The notes beneath the pieces are model-generated. The model was given only the letters and a program-made list of their open reading frames with translations, searched no databases and was not told the origin of the DNA. A DNA stretch of 63,992 nt, the filler included, from Intoshia linei (Eukaryota; Animalia; Orthonectida), in the NCBI GenBank assembly GCA_001642005.1. It is 3 parts of 3 records of this genome, joined end to end, with 100 filler letters (N's around TTAATTAATTAA, not from the genome) between each part and the next. Parts side by side here need not be neighbours in the genome. Positions count along the whole stretch, not along the records: positions 1 to 28,743 come from LWCA01000411.1; 2 more parts are not named here. The stretch is one strand, 5' to 3'. Below, piece by piece: positions 12,371 to 25,950 of the stretch; the first letter of the stretch is position 1, and each line of letters opens with the position of its first letter. Both the position numbers and the translations under genes were made by a program.

Positions 12371-13983
12371 TCCAAAACTTTATATTTTTTAATTCAACCT
12401 TTTTAAAATTCCGTTAAATTAACTGTTTGTTTAATCTGAAATTTAATGTAAACAAGAGTAGTAATACGAATATTTTAAAAATGATAATTTATTGGGATAT
12501 AATGTTAAAAACTTTAATGTTAGACTGCATCAATTGTATTTGTTTTTCGGTTTGCAATTAATTTCGTTTACATGGTAAATTAATAGAACATTGTTCAGTT
12601 CCACAGGTACCCTGTTAGTCGTCTAATTGAAATTTAATTATACCAATTTTTTCATTTTATTACGCTGCAATTTTATCCACTTTATGCAGCCTATATTTCA
12701 TTTTTCACATACACGTTAATGTTTTTGACTTAACTAGGTCAGTCTCCTACTAAGACAATATCTCAAATTTAAATCAATATTTAGGATTTTAGTATACTTT
12801 GATAAAAAGTAAATACATTTTTAAATGTCTTTTTTGATAAAATACTCAATATTTTTTGATATTATTAAACAATCGTACACTAAATAGTTTGAATCTCAAC
12901 ACTTTGTAATCATTATACATTTACTTGTTATTATTTGAACAGTATGATATGATCATTATCATTACTCGAAGCATTATAATTATGCAATAATATTTCAAAT
13001 ATTCTTGACTATGTTCAATTAAATTGATTTTAACTATAAAATAATCAAAATACAAGAGTTGAAACTATATCAGCCATGTTAAACTCATACCTAGGCAGCC
13101 TAAGCAGGATACTAAAGCAGCCCTAGAATTTTTACAGGTGGTACAGTTTTATCCTGTTAACACACCATAAAAGTTCAATCTGAATAAGTGACGCCTTTAC
13201 GGTCAAAAAAGTACTTTAATATTCATTTTTTTTTTTATTTCGAAACTATTTTATTCAAAAAAATTATTCTGATACAGCTTATTCCAGTTGATACAAATAC
13301 AAAAAATTTCAACCTCAGAAATCTATGCATTCTCGGTGAAAAATAATTTTTAATATATTATCAACCAAATCATTTTTCAAATTTTTGGATTAAAATAAAA
13401 ATTGAAAATGTAAATATTGATCCTACAATTTTAAAAAAAAAGTGCAATTTGTAGTCTACACTATTTTCAATAACGATATATGGGTGGAAATCTCGTAAAT
13501 TGATTTCTTCGGATTTTTTATCATTGCTACGCAATTTTTAAATTTTAAAAAGTTTAAAATCGCTTTGTATTAAATTTTAGTCTAAAACTACAATAAAGTA
13601 CTACAAAGTAAAACTTTGTTATTATAATTTTTGTATTTATTACAAAGTGGTAAAATTCATTCGAAATATGTTTTTAAAGTATGATATAATTAACGAAATA
13701 ATTATTGATTCAAAAGTGATATTTTTTACCCATCGAAAGCAGATACTAAATATATAGCATAACATTAAAAAAGAAAATGCAGGTTTACAATTTTATTTTA
13801 AAAAAAATTCCATGTGAGTTTTTTCCGGCGCAGAACATACGATAAATTTCAATTTTAAAAATAAACATCTTCACTAACAAAATTACAAATTACCATTATT
13901 TAGAAATATAAAAAAGGCTTAATGTACTATGTATATTTAATATGTATTAAATGACATTAGGTTATTTTTAATTGATGTAATTT

Positions 13984-14270
13984 TTATTTTTTTCTTAGCA
14001 TTGTATCAATAAACCTAAAAACTAAAATAATTATACAAGAAATACATACAATGTCATTTCACTAATGCGATGCGGCTCTTTGTCCGTTTGAGCCCAATTG
14101 ATATTTATTTTTCGTTGTGGCCAAATTCCATAATTTTGAGATTCCGTCAATGTGTAAGGACTAAAATTTTCACTACAGTGTTTTTGAAATTTCCGATTCT
14201 CGACTAAAATAATCCAATTTGTAATGAAACGGATTCTGCAATCCTAGATATCGTAAACCAAAAAAAATAT
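13984..14270 (-). CDS. TEX49/SPMIP11-like small ciliary/sperm microtubule inner protein; start codon not resolved
   Basis: Minus-strand segments FFGLRYLGLQNPF, PYTLTESQNYGIWPQRKININWAQTDKEPHRISEMTL and, after a GT-AG micro-intron, FIDTMLRKK*. These resemble remembered TEX49-family motifs (FFGL..LG.QNP; P.T..Q.YG.W; SEMT.F.D.M). Confidence 0.55.
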
Positions 14271-15103
14271 TTCTTAGATTAATTTTATTTCTATTTTATT
14301 TGCAACTGTTTTTAATCATTGAAAATGTTTAGATATAATTTAAAATTTTTGAATTGATCTTATTTAAACAATATAAAAATTTTAATGGCTCATCAAGTTT
14401 CTGGTTAATTGTTATTTACACCATTCAATGAAACTTAGTATCTTTTATTTTACCAGTTTAACTATATTCATGTGTATTCATTTTATAGTGCGGTAATTAA
14501 TGTCAATAACTTAATGTTAATCAAATGAGAATTTTTTCATTATTTTAGATCATTATTGATTTTTACAAGGCAGTCGATTTATTAGCCATCAAATAAAATG
14601 CGTTAACATTAAATAAAGTGACTTAACATCAAATTGTAAATTCTATCATCAAATAAATACAATAGTAGTCAATAGAAATTAATTAGAAAATACTTTTATT
14701 TAATTTGAAGGCAATTTATTACGTCTAGCAACAATACATATATTTGTGCTCAAATTAAATGTTATAGCATCAGTAAAGTTAATTTATTAAATAACATTTA
14801 AAGTCAAGTTAATTTTATTTAACTTCAAATTTATTTTTAACCGTCAAATTCAAATTTTTATAAATCAAATAAATAATTATATGTAATGCAAATGAATATT
14901 AGTTTTAATATTTTTTAGAATATTAATTAAATGATGAAGAGAAGAAGAGGCCTTGCCGAATAATGGAGATTAAACAAAGCGGTAAGGATTCAAGAATTTA
15001 AAGAAACAAAAAATGGATGAAAAATTTATAATTATACATCGATGCCCACAAATTTTTATCTTTAAAAAAAAGATGATTGTAGTTTCCAGAAAAATTTTTC
15101 ATT

Positions 15104-15385
15104 TTGAAGGAAATATTGGAAACAAATGAAAATATATTTGATGGGTATATGGAAAAAATGTTCCAAGAATATGAATTATGTTATAACAATCAGGAATGGA
15201 AGCTATCAACGTGTACTTGTCGATTTTTTTTAAAAAATTTTAAATGTAAACACTTAATATTGGTAGCAATACATTTCAATTTATTGAAAAATGATCATTT
15301 ATTGGTTGAATCAAAATCAATTTTCATCGGAGAGAAAAAAAAGAGGACGTCTCAAAGGAGCCACAAGGGCTTTAATTGTAGATAA
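15104..15385 (+). mobile_element. MULE (Mutator-like) transposase C-terminal remnant with SWIM zinc finger
   Basis: CTCRFFLKNFKCKHL (CxC-xn-CxH SWIM) followed by a basic KKKR(GR) tail, the typical MULE C-terminus. No upstream DDE region is visible. Confidence 0.7.
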
Positions 15386-16028
15386 AATAAACATTAATTA
15401 GTAGTAAATTTACTGTTTTCCTCATCTTATTTATATATAATTTAATTTAACACTAATTTAATTAAGATGTTTATTGTAATTATTTGACTGTTCAATCATC
15501 TATTTTGATTTAAATTTAATTTTATTTTCTTAAAAATATCTTTATTTTGACTTGTCTGAATGTTATCGTCTTTTTAAAATATGATAACTTGATTTACATA
15601 AAATTTAAATAAAGTTTGATTTTATTTTGAGTCGTAGTTGCTTGAAAAGTATATAATTAGTAATTATACTCAATAATTATTAATTATTAATTAATATTTT
15701 AACTTTTCACTATCTTTCCATTATATGTTATGCACTGTAATACAAATGAAAAACTTTATTATTTTATACTTAATTAATATACATGTACTAATAATATAAT
15801 ATGTATATTAGGGTGTCACATTTTTTCAAAAATTTGAGTTTTTAAGGACGAATGGTATGCATCCTGTGCATTTTGATGAAACATAAAATACTCTGAAATA
15901 TTATTTTCCATTAATGCTTATTCGAGTGCACTGCAGTGTGCCATATATTCCGTCAGAATTTGCAAACGTTATCAGAAATAAGTTACATTTATTATAATGA
16001 ATATGTAATACATGTATAAATTTATTAG

Positions 16029-18615
16029 TTATTGTTTAATATTTTTTGGATATTTTTTATTTAAAACTGATATTATGCAGGTAAATAATTGAACATAAGC
16101 TTGAGTTGTTTCTAAATCGAGATGATGCTCTTCCATAATTGCCAAAAAGGGTTTAACAGACAACTAAAATAAATTTAACATACATTGTGTATTCGATAGA
16201 TGGCAAACTGGTCTGTTTGGTAACACTTATTTGTGGACCGGTGAAATTTACTAAAAATAAAAAATAAACTTGACCGCCAATGTTAATAAATTTAAAAGCT
16301 AGTCCTCCATTCATAAAATCTGCCTCGTATGATATATCGTCATATATAAACTAATTACGTGATACACTGAACCTATGTGAAAATAATATTTTTTAAGGTT
16401 TCCATTTATGATAATGTTTATGATTTTAAAAACTATTCCAGAATTTATCTTAAGCTATATAAAATGCTACGCAATTTTTGTTTGTGTGTGTGTCTGTGTG
16501 TTCAACTTTATTTAAATAACTATGCGTCTTAGAATTTTTTAAAGATTACATTTCAATTACAGTTTTTTCCGGGACGTATATTAAGATAAATTCCAACCTC
16601 TCAATTTCAAATCTTACGGGTCAAAAACCCCAGTTGTCCCTCTTTTTGAAAATCAAACAAGTTGAAGAATTTAAAAAAATTATATTTTCAGGGCCAAAAC
16701 CCCAAATTACCCTTCCCTTTTTTTAAACAGCCCTAGAATTTAAAAAAATTTACAGGTGGTAGAGTTGTATTGTGTTAACACACATAAAAAATTTCAATCC
16801 GAATAAGTGACGACTTAACGGTCAAAAAACCATTTTAGTATTCAAATATTTTTTTTCTGAAATATTTTATTAAAACAAAAAATGTGATATAATTAAGTGT
16901 CCAAAAATTAAAAAAAAATGTGCATTGAACGTCTACACATTTCCAATAAAAATGTATGGGTGAAAATCTATATAATTCATTCCTTCGCAATTTTTAAATT
17001 TCAAATTTTCATTTTCAAAACATTTTGTATAAACTTTACTTAAATTTTAACACTACAACGTATTTATAAAATAAAATAAATAAAACAATAACTCATTGTT
17101 TGAAAATGCCAAACAGAAAAATAACATTCACAAAAAAAAAGGCCAAAAGTATGAAGATGAGACGTCTCAACGAGTTTCAATAAGATCATGATATCAGAAA
17201 TAAATTAGATAACAATTTTTTTTTAATTAATCAAAGGGTTACCAACATTAAGTTATTCTATACCCGATTTTTTGAACGAAGCGCCATATAGTGAAGCGCA
17301 GCGTGTTATCAACTTCACCGTATGCGAAATTTTTTTTGAGAGGCTCTCTTTTACTGTGGGGGTCTCTTTATCATAAAATAATAACAGTTTACACACAATT
17401 TTTATTGCAAATTTCAAACTGAATACTTTAAATTTTTCAAAAAATTTCAAAATGACTTCATGATGAATACTTTAGAAAAAAAAAACAAAATATGGGTGTC
17501 TCTAAGTATTGGAATAAAATTAACTGCTAACACGAAGAGTTTTTCACCATAAAGAAAAAAATTATAGAATATTAATAAAATATGTCTGATCTGCTGATTT
17601 TTATTGAAATAATTAAATTACCCTGTGAAATATCACTTAAACTTGAGCCCTAAGTTGAATTTGAAAACTCGAATTCTCAGGGGAAAAATAACGCAGTATG
17701 CAACCCTGACTAATCATCATAATGTATTCATTCTAATATACATTTAGGAAAATTTTCAGTAGAATTATATGAAGTTATGATCTACGGTAATACATTTTTG
17801 TAGCCTTACTTTAATGGGTTCGTAAAAGTGATTTGAACCATAATAGATTTAATTTTTAATGCTAAAATTAGATATATCCGCCCTCGGCATAGCTAGGTGC
17901 TGTTATAAAAGCCAAGCTAGTGTATTCTAAAATTTTAGGAAATGTTTCATTTTAATAAACAAATGGTAATTTGGAGTTTTGACTATATTTGGTATGCGTT
18001 TCTGAGGCTGAGATTAACGGCAAAGCTAATGATTTTAATCAATTTATATTTTAACGTCCCAGAATGTATGTTTTATTACATTTTAGGAGTGATTTTTTGT
18101 TAAACAAAAGGAAAAATTGAGTTTTGACCATGAAGGACTCAAATTCTGAAACTGAAAAATAGATAAAAACACCTTCTGGGAAAAACTGTATTAGAAATTG
18201 GGTTTGTTTAAATTTAACGATTGTCAATGTTTTCAATAAATGGTTACACATATATTCATAAGTAAAGGATAGAAATAACCTGAAACATGGATGGATGAAA
18301 TCCATCAATATTCGTATGAATCCGAATTAAATAATCAATGCACTTGAATATGGAATCATTGTCATTATTATTTATACACATAATAATATGAGCAATAGAA
18401 CTCCAGACAGCTTTACCCATAGCTTTTGCATGTTTACATTTTTCCAATTGATCGATTCGTGGTCCCTCCAATTTTTTAAACAATTTAAATATATTTGGAT
18501 AAATTCTAAACAAATGATTGTAAAATCGAATTGAAGTTTCTTTATTGTGCATTGAATCCCATGAATTTTTGATTAAATTCAGTTTTCTCATATTCAAAAA
18601 TTTGAAATGCTCCAT
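16029..18615 (-). CDS. Single-domain globin, 2 exons (18280-18615, 16029-16163), 156 aa
   Basis: A-helix IKNSW, B/C FYNHLFRIYP, CD1 Phe (KLF), proximal His in LIRIH, phase-0 intron after FHPSMFQ (G7-type position). Exon 2 LSVKPFLAIMEEHHLDLETTQAYVQLFTCIISVL supplies the G and H helices. Confidence 0.88.
16448..17100 (+). mobile_element. Non-autonomous Helitron copy (5' part) in the globin intron
   Basis: 5' end A|TCTTAAGCTATATAAAATGC followed by a (TG)n-like microsatellite and the shared internal modules. The right boundary is approximate. Confidence 0.6.
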
Positions 18616-19242
18616 TATTTCTTTATTTTGTAAAATGAAGTAATTTGTACATCAATCATATGCCATTAATAATACATATATGCATAATTAATAGCTTATA
18701 TATGTTACATTTATTTTACATTTGTATTTATTTAATCCACTCGTATTATGACTTACAGCTTCTAACAATAATAAACATCTCTTTTAATTATATGCATAAT
18801 TTATGGCTATAATTTAGGTGTAGTTAAGTATAATACATACTAATTAAAAATAATTGAACAATTATTATAAATTCATACAATGTACATTAATGTTAATTGT
18901 TTGTAAATATAATAAAAACTCATTTTGATTAACAAAAATGTATTAATCAGGTGTTAAGAACATTTAAATATTTTACAAATCATTTTTAAATAAAAATAAT
19001 AGAAGATCGATAACAAAATTTCTGGGTTAGATCTTACCTCTATAAAACAGCAGCTAGCTCTGCAAAGCGTTATTTTAACAAATTTTTACAACTACACATC
19101 AATTTAGAAAAGAAGTATCTTTTTGTTAAATTTTCAATACTATAGGGTTACCATAGTTCTAGTTAGCTAATCTATTTCTTTGGTCCATAAATGAATTGAT
19201 TAAATGACTGAAATAGATCACTAATAAAACACTATTAGACTA

Positions 19243-21499
19243 CTAGGTTGACTGTTATGTACTACGTACAAACAGGGCCTAGCTCTGCAGAGGGCACATT
19301 ATATATTTATTATACTTAAAAAATAAATTCACGTTGAAAATCTAATTTAAAAATTTTACTATTTACTATTATCAATCATTTAAAGGAGTGGTTACCAAAT
19401 CTGCTTCAGGCGGAAGCGTCATATCGCATTATTTTTTAATTTAAAGTGAATTATTTTATTTTATTTTTTTTTAACATTTGCGTAAAGCATTTTAAAAACA
19501 ATTGTTATACCATTTTTTTAATTTTTTAGACAGAATGTATGTATAATATTAAAAATAAAGTAAAAACAGTCCAATCCTAAAAATTGTCATAAATAGTATA
19601 AATTTCAGAAAAAACAAAATTATAAAAGCCTATTTTGTCATTTTTAATGTGATGATATATATTCAGTACCAATTTAATAAATACTTAAAAATATTAATCA
19701 TGTATCAATAACACAGTAAAACGCTCAAAAAAATAAATCAAATTTATATAATTATGATCTTATAATGATAATATAATGACTGATAAAATATTAATAGATA
19801 ATAAGATAATCTAGTTTCCGAGATATAGGCCAAATAAAATTAACCAATCAAAATTGCGTTGCTATTTGGATATGATATGAAATAAGTTTAAATTGAATAA
19901 TATGAATTGCAACTGTCAATCAAAAAATTCAAATAATTTTGTTTACTTTGCGGATTTTTTTTATTTAAGACAAAGAAAAAATATTTAATTAAAGATACAA
20001 ACAAATGTGGGGAATTTTATAGAAAATTTTATGGTCGAATATCACATGGAAAATTGATTCCTAAATATATTTGCAATTTTTGTTATGGGAATTTGATGAA
20101 AAGTAAAAAATATTTCAATACTATTAGAATATGGACTGTACCAATTTGTAAAGGTGATTGTTATTATTGCTACGCATATGAAAATATTAATTTAAAAAAG
20201 GTGAACAACTGGAAGATTTACCCTACATTGCCATCATCAACAATCCCATATATCAATGAATGTAAAGAAGTGTTGACTACTTCATCATCTTATATCGATA
20301 CAAGTCATTCTTCTGATTTGTTAAATGATCCTAGCTTTACTAAAGAAACACATCATCCAAATATGGAGGATTTGTCAAATTTACCAAATTGTCACTTTGG
20401 TCAATATGTCAAAAAATGTGAGTGAAAAAGTTGTTTTGAAGATCAAATCGAGGGGTATTACCGATTAATCAATGAATTCGATGACCCTTGACAATATTTG
20501 ATTTGTAAATTCTAGATTATTGTCAAAAATCTAATAAATTTTAATTTTATATTATTTTTAATGTTGTATAAAAAAATTCTTCATCTAACCTTAGCATTGC
20601 TAAAGGTAGAATAAAAAGTAGACTCTTGGATGTATATATCACTCATATTAATTTTTATAAAGAAATAAGAGAAACGCCACAGGCTAAATTCTAAAATATT
20701 TTAAATTTTGTAAATTTTTTTCTCGCTATAGTAGATACATACGTATATTGCCACAAGCCAAATTTTTAGTCGAATGGATAACTTTGTTATAGGTCAAATA
20801 GTGGGTTTTAGATCAAAATAAATATAACTTTCTTGTAATTATGGTATTTTATTCCTATTATATCTTGAAACGTCGATCTGACTTGATAAAGTGACCCACA
20901 TCATTCAAATCACAAGAATACCAGCTACAAAATGACAGGTTAGAAAAATCTGTTTTGAAATTTTTCCAAAAATGTTGTACTGTGTAATTAATCGAATCTT
21001 CACTTTATAAACATATTTCAGTCGAATTTTACCAATATTGCAAAAGATTGTAATAAATATAAAAATGATACTAACAAAGTTGTATGACTTATAGTTTCGT
21101 TGTTGTAGTTTTTATTTAAATTTTATCAAAAATATTTTAAAAATGAGAATTTAAATTAAAATATTTCGTAACAATGAAAAAAATTCCGAAGATTATATAT
21201 AGATTATTCCGAATTATCCGAATTTATGATAATGTTTATGATTTTATAATCCATATGAGCGAATATATTTTTTTAAATTCTCCAACTCGTTTTATGTTAA
21301 AAAAAAGAGGACATGTTAGTTTTTGATCCGTAAGATGTCATTTTGGAAGGTAGAAATTTATTTTGCGAACACTCCCGGTTAAAACTGTAATTGAAATGTG
21401 GACTTTATAAAATTCTAAGATGGGTAGTTATTTAAATAAAGTCGAACAAACATACACACACACAAACTAAAATAAGTTTACATATTATATAAGTAAGGA
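19243..21499 (-). mobile_element. Full-length non-autonomous Helitron, interrupted by a Chapaev3 element
   Basis: On the minus strand: A|TCCTTACTTATATAATATG at 21499 and CAACCTAG|T at 19243, i.e. TC...CTAG inserted between A and T with no TSD. Confidence 0.7.
19712..20984 (+). mobile_element. Chapaev3 (CMC) DNA transposon, internally deleted
   Basis: TIRs CACAGTAAAAC / GTTGTACTGTG with 3-bp TSD TAA on both sides. Frameshifted N-terminal ORF 19902-20425: C..NxFCLLCG...PKYICNFC...IWTVP..GDCYYC...IYPTLPS, a Chapaev3-type zinc-binding N-terminus. Confidence 0.8.
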
Positions 21500-22962
21500 T
21501 TATTTTCAAAAACAAAAAAATTAAATGTACCAACGACAAGTGGCAAAGACACTGAAAAATCAGATTAAGCATAATGTGTGTATGTCAAAAACATTTTAAT
21601 CAAGATTTGCAAACGTTATTTGAAAGATGATGACATTTTAATTAATATTTAATAAATAATTTGAGTAAACAGGATTAATTATATTATTTCAACTTACTGC
21701 TTGCCTTAGCTGCTTGGTTCGTTTTGTAATTCTGGTGCATCTAAATTTGTTCATGAGCAAGAACTAAACCTACTGTACCGAGAATACTCTTTGGAGGAAT
21801 AATGTGGTAGAAGTTCTTGTAAAATTAAATAAAATGCAATATTTTTGAGTATCAGATCTATTTTGTGTGTCAAATTTAAACGGCCAAGTGTACACCATGC
21901 AGGGTCGTAGAGAGGCTAGGGTTACATGGCTTTAATCATAGTTTTCAAAAAAAATTTGGACACCTACTTTTGTACCATCACATTGAAAATGACAAAATAG
22001 GTTTTTATAATTTTATTTTTTCTGGAATTTATGCTATTTTGACAAAATTTTTTGATTGGACTATGATTACTTTATTTTTAATATTATACACACATTCTGT
22101 CTAATAGATTAAACCATGGGATAACAATTGTTTTTAAAATGCTTTACGCAAATGTTATCAAAAAAAAATTAACATGGAATAATTCACTTTAAAGCAAAAA
22201 GTAATGTGATATGATGGTTGGATTTGCACAAATTTAGAAACCACTTTTTTAAAGGATTGATAATAGTTAATAGTAAGATTTTTAAATTAGATTTTCAACG
22301 TGAATTTATTTTTTTGTGAATTTTAACGGAATCTTGAATTATTTATTTTTTCTTAACTAATTTATATGAACCAAAAATTTGTGTATATAAAAATTTTATC
22401 TCTAGATCGCTAGAATCTATTTTTAATCAATATCGTGCCTATAAACTAATTTTTTACTAATTAGGAGATAATCTATAACGTTTTTTATCCAATTTTTAAA
22501 AGATATTAAATTAGACGGCGTTAATTAGAAATACATATAATTACTATCATTGCGGGAATATCATTTTTAATTTTATTTTATATCTGTAAATAATTTAAAA
22601 TTTTTCAAGGATCCCAAAAAAACTGTAATGGATCCAGGAGTCCATATGGACCCGTTGATAATGTTTTGTGTATATTACATAGTCATGTATTATTCAAAAA
22701 CGTAAACGTAAATTAATTAGTTTTACTTTTGATTGTTTTTTGTATTATAAAAAAAAGTTTAAAATTAAAACATCCACATGGACCAGTTGTTAAAAGTGGT
22801 CCGCTTAATGTGTCACTTTTAGTGACTTGCTACTGTATGTAAAAAACATGAAAATATATAATATTTAAAAATGTTAAATTAATAAACAGAATTTGATATC
22901 AATTAAACTTTATTTTCCAAACTATTGTAATAGTGAAGTTACAAAAATAGTTCCAACTAAAC

Positions 22963-24870
22963 TGTAACGTCACTTTAATCACGTCACGTCACTTAGTTGA
23001 GCACGTGTATTTTATCTATAAATTATAATGTCAGATTCGGACATTAGATCTACAAGATTCCTTCAGATTTAATAACCTATCTTTCATTCATTACCATTGT
23101 AATGATTTGATGTCAAAACGTATTAAGGTTTTAAGATTTAATAATAAAACAATTTTAAGTATATCGATAATAAATATATCTATAACAATGAAGAGTACTT
23201 CATTACACCTCCGCCTTGAAATTAATGAATAGTTTTTGAATCTTTCAGGAAATTTTTTGGTCCGTTTATATTTTGTATAAAGTTTATCTTGTTTATTTGT
23301 TCGAGAAATAATGGCACTATAATTTTTATGATGAAATAAAAAACCTTTCTGTTTCAATTTATCATAATTTCGCTTCATACGCACCACCTGTTTATGACGT
23401 GTGGTTTTAATACATTTTAACAATTCAATTCGGTTTTTACAAGAACTATCGTACATATTTGAACCGAAAACAACATCTGATGGCGTTACTCCATTTTTAA
23501 TATATACTGTAGAACACAAACTCATCAAAACATAAATTAAAATATCATCCCAATTGTTATCCTTCGTTAGTATTCTTAATCGTTCCCGAATCGTACGATT
23601 GAAACGCTTCACAGTGCCATTTTCATTATGCTTATAAGGCCGTGAATGTATTTTTTGAATGTTAAACATATTACATAGTTGTTGAATTATTTGTGCTTCA
23701 AATTGCCGTCCACAATTAAAATGCAGACTCGATGGTGGACCATATCGAGATACAATATTTTTCAATATAGACGTGAATACATTTTCAGCTGTAATCATAT
23801 CGAGTGATTCGGCCTCACACCAACCCGAAAAATGGTCACACATAACCAATATATATTTTTTTCCATTTATGGTTTCATTAAATGGACCAAGAGTATCGAT
23901 TTGCCATAATTCATTAAATCGATTCATAATAACTGGTTTTAAAGAAGAATGTCTACTATGATTACGGTATTTAGAAGTACTGCATATATCACATTTTGTT
24001 ACAAACTCCTTAATATCACGATACATTGATGGGCAATAATATTTTTGTCGTATATTATACCATGTCTTAAATATACCCGGATGCGCAAATGCCAAAGCCA
24101 AATGCCAAATGCATTTGTGGTAATAAGATAAAATAGTTTGAATTGAATTATCAGGGATTAATATAAATTTTTTTGATTCATGATTATAATATACAATATT
24201 TTATCAACTGATAATTTAGATTGAATTGCAAAAAACTGATTATCATTAGTAATGTTTCATTCTCTAATAACTACAATATTTTTATCATCATCCTGTAATT
24301 TAAGAGGACTTAAATTAGAAAATTCAATTCTTTGACAAGCTGTGATGGTTAAATCTCTAGATAACCAATCCGCCGTAAAATTTAATGGACCAGGTCGATA
24401 TTCAATCTCATAATCAAAATGTTCGATTTTAAGTAATAAATTCAATAAGGTTTCAGGTAAGTTTTTTGATTGTCTAATGTATACCAAAAGTTTGTGATCA
24501 GTGATAATCTTAACAGGACTGCCTAATAAATATGTCTTAAATTTTAACACGCTTTTAACAATAGCAAATAGTTCCTTATGGGTTGTGCTGTAACGCATTT
24601 CAGTATCGTTTAATTTTCTACTAAAATATTCTATAACTTTTTCATTCTGTAATAACACCGCACCAACTCCAACTTTAGAAGCATCACATTCTAATATAAA
24701 ATCACAATTCTTTTGAGGTAATAATAGAAGTGGTGAAGACTTGAGAGCCTTTTTTAATGACATATAAGCCGAGTGTTGGTTTTCCTGCCATACAAAAGCT
24801 ACACTTTTCTTTAATATTAATAATAAGGGTTCAGTTATCTCTGTGTAATGAGATATAAAGCGTCGAAAAA
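22963..24870 (-). mobile_element. Ty3/Gypsy LTR retrotransposon, 5'-truncated and degenerate (end of RT, RNase H, integrase, PPT, 3' LTR)
   Basis: RNase H motifs CDASKVGVGAVL, YFSRKL, YSTTHKELFAIV, TDH. Integrase motifs HPGI, C..C, WQIDTLGP, MCDHFS and NGTVKRFNRT, with degenerate catalytic residues. PPT AAGGCGGAGG at 23208-23217. 245-bp LTR TGTAA...TTACA at 22963-23207. Confidence 0.9.
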
Positions 24871-25950
24871 AATTACAAAAAATTTATAAATACAATATTA
24901 TAAAGCTTTCAACTATTTATTAATTTATTCGTATTTTGGAAATATAAATTTTTAGAAAGTATTAACATGCATTATGTTAATCTAACATATTCAGAAGCCT
25001 TCTAAAGAGTAAAAAATATTGTTTTAATTGTTATGTCGTTATGTGATCTCAATCTAGAAGATTTAATTAAAAAATTTTTATAATTAAGCAATCATTATAA
25101 ATAGTATAATCTTTGTTCATATTTATTTACAATGTTAACAATGTGAATAGAATTTAAAAAAATAATTAAAAATATAACCGTATAATACATAATTGACAAG
25201 TCTACAGAATATAAAACACCAAAAATTAATTTTAGTTTCTTATTTATCTGTAACGATTTTTTGTAACATTTGCATAAAAACAATTATATTTTCTCATTTA
25301 AAATTTATATATTGAAATGAAATACATATTGATTTTTGCAGCAACTATTTGGATGTGTCAATCGGTGCATGCGGTAAATATGATTCCTGTCCAAGATTTG
25401 CTCCACTAAGGCTTCAGTCTGATCATATGCCCGCTTTTTCAAAATTATTCAGATATTTTATTTTATTTATTATGGAAATTTTTTTAAATATAAAAGGGAA
25501 GAAAATCTATTATTTATGATGTAATATAATTTGAAAATTTGGGTGGTCCATATATATTACATAGTACTAATATTTCTGTAATATTAAGGTAGCGTAGTTT
25601 GTGAGAACGTGAAATTTTGTATACTTTTAATACAGTATCAAGCAAAAATTGCATGGAAAAATCAAAACTAAATTTAATTAAATGTAATATTATTCCTAGT
25701 TTGTTTATATGGCTTTGATTGGTTTACCATGTTTGCGAGTAAATATAATTTTTTTACGGATTTTATAGTTGATGTTGAAATTGAATCACCAACCGAAGGT
25801 TTTAAAAAATGTTTTATGTTATGCAGTTTGAAGTGAAAAGTTTTCAATTTTTAACTTGGCTGTTCTATACCATTGTATCTATGGTTCATGTATCATGTAT
25901 GGGGTTCGAACAAATAAAACTATAATATTTGTTGTTAATCACAACTTGTT

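Noticed and set aside
16190-16350. Minus-strand reading YEADFMNGGLAFKFINIGGQ resembling the G-alpha/Arf DVGGQ region in the globin intron
   Set aside because: The key Asp is absent and no other GTPase motifs or exons were found.
21690-21830. Moderately GC-rich segment with short open frames and a GTAAGT donor on the minus strand
   Set aside because: No recognisable motif or consistent exon chain.
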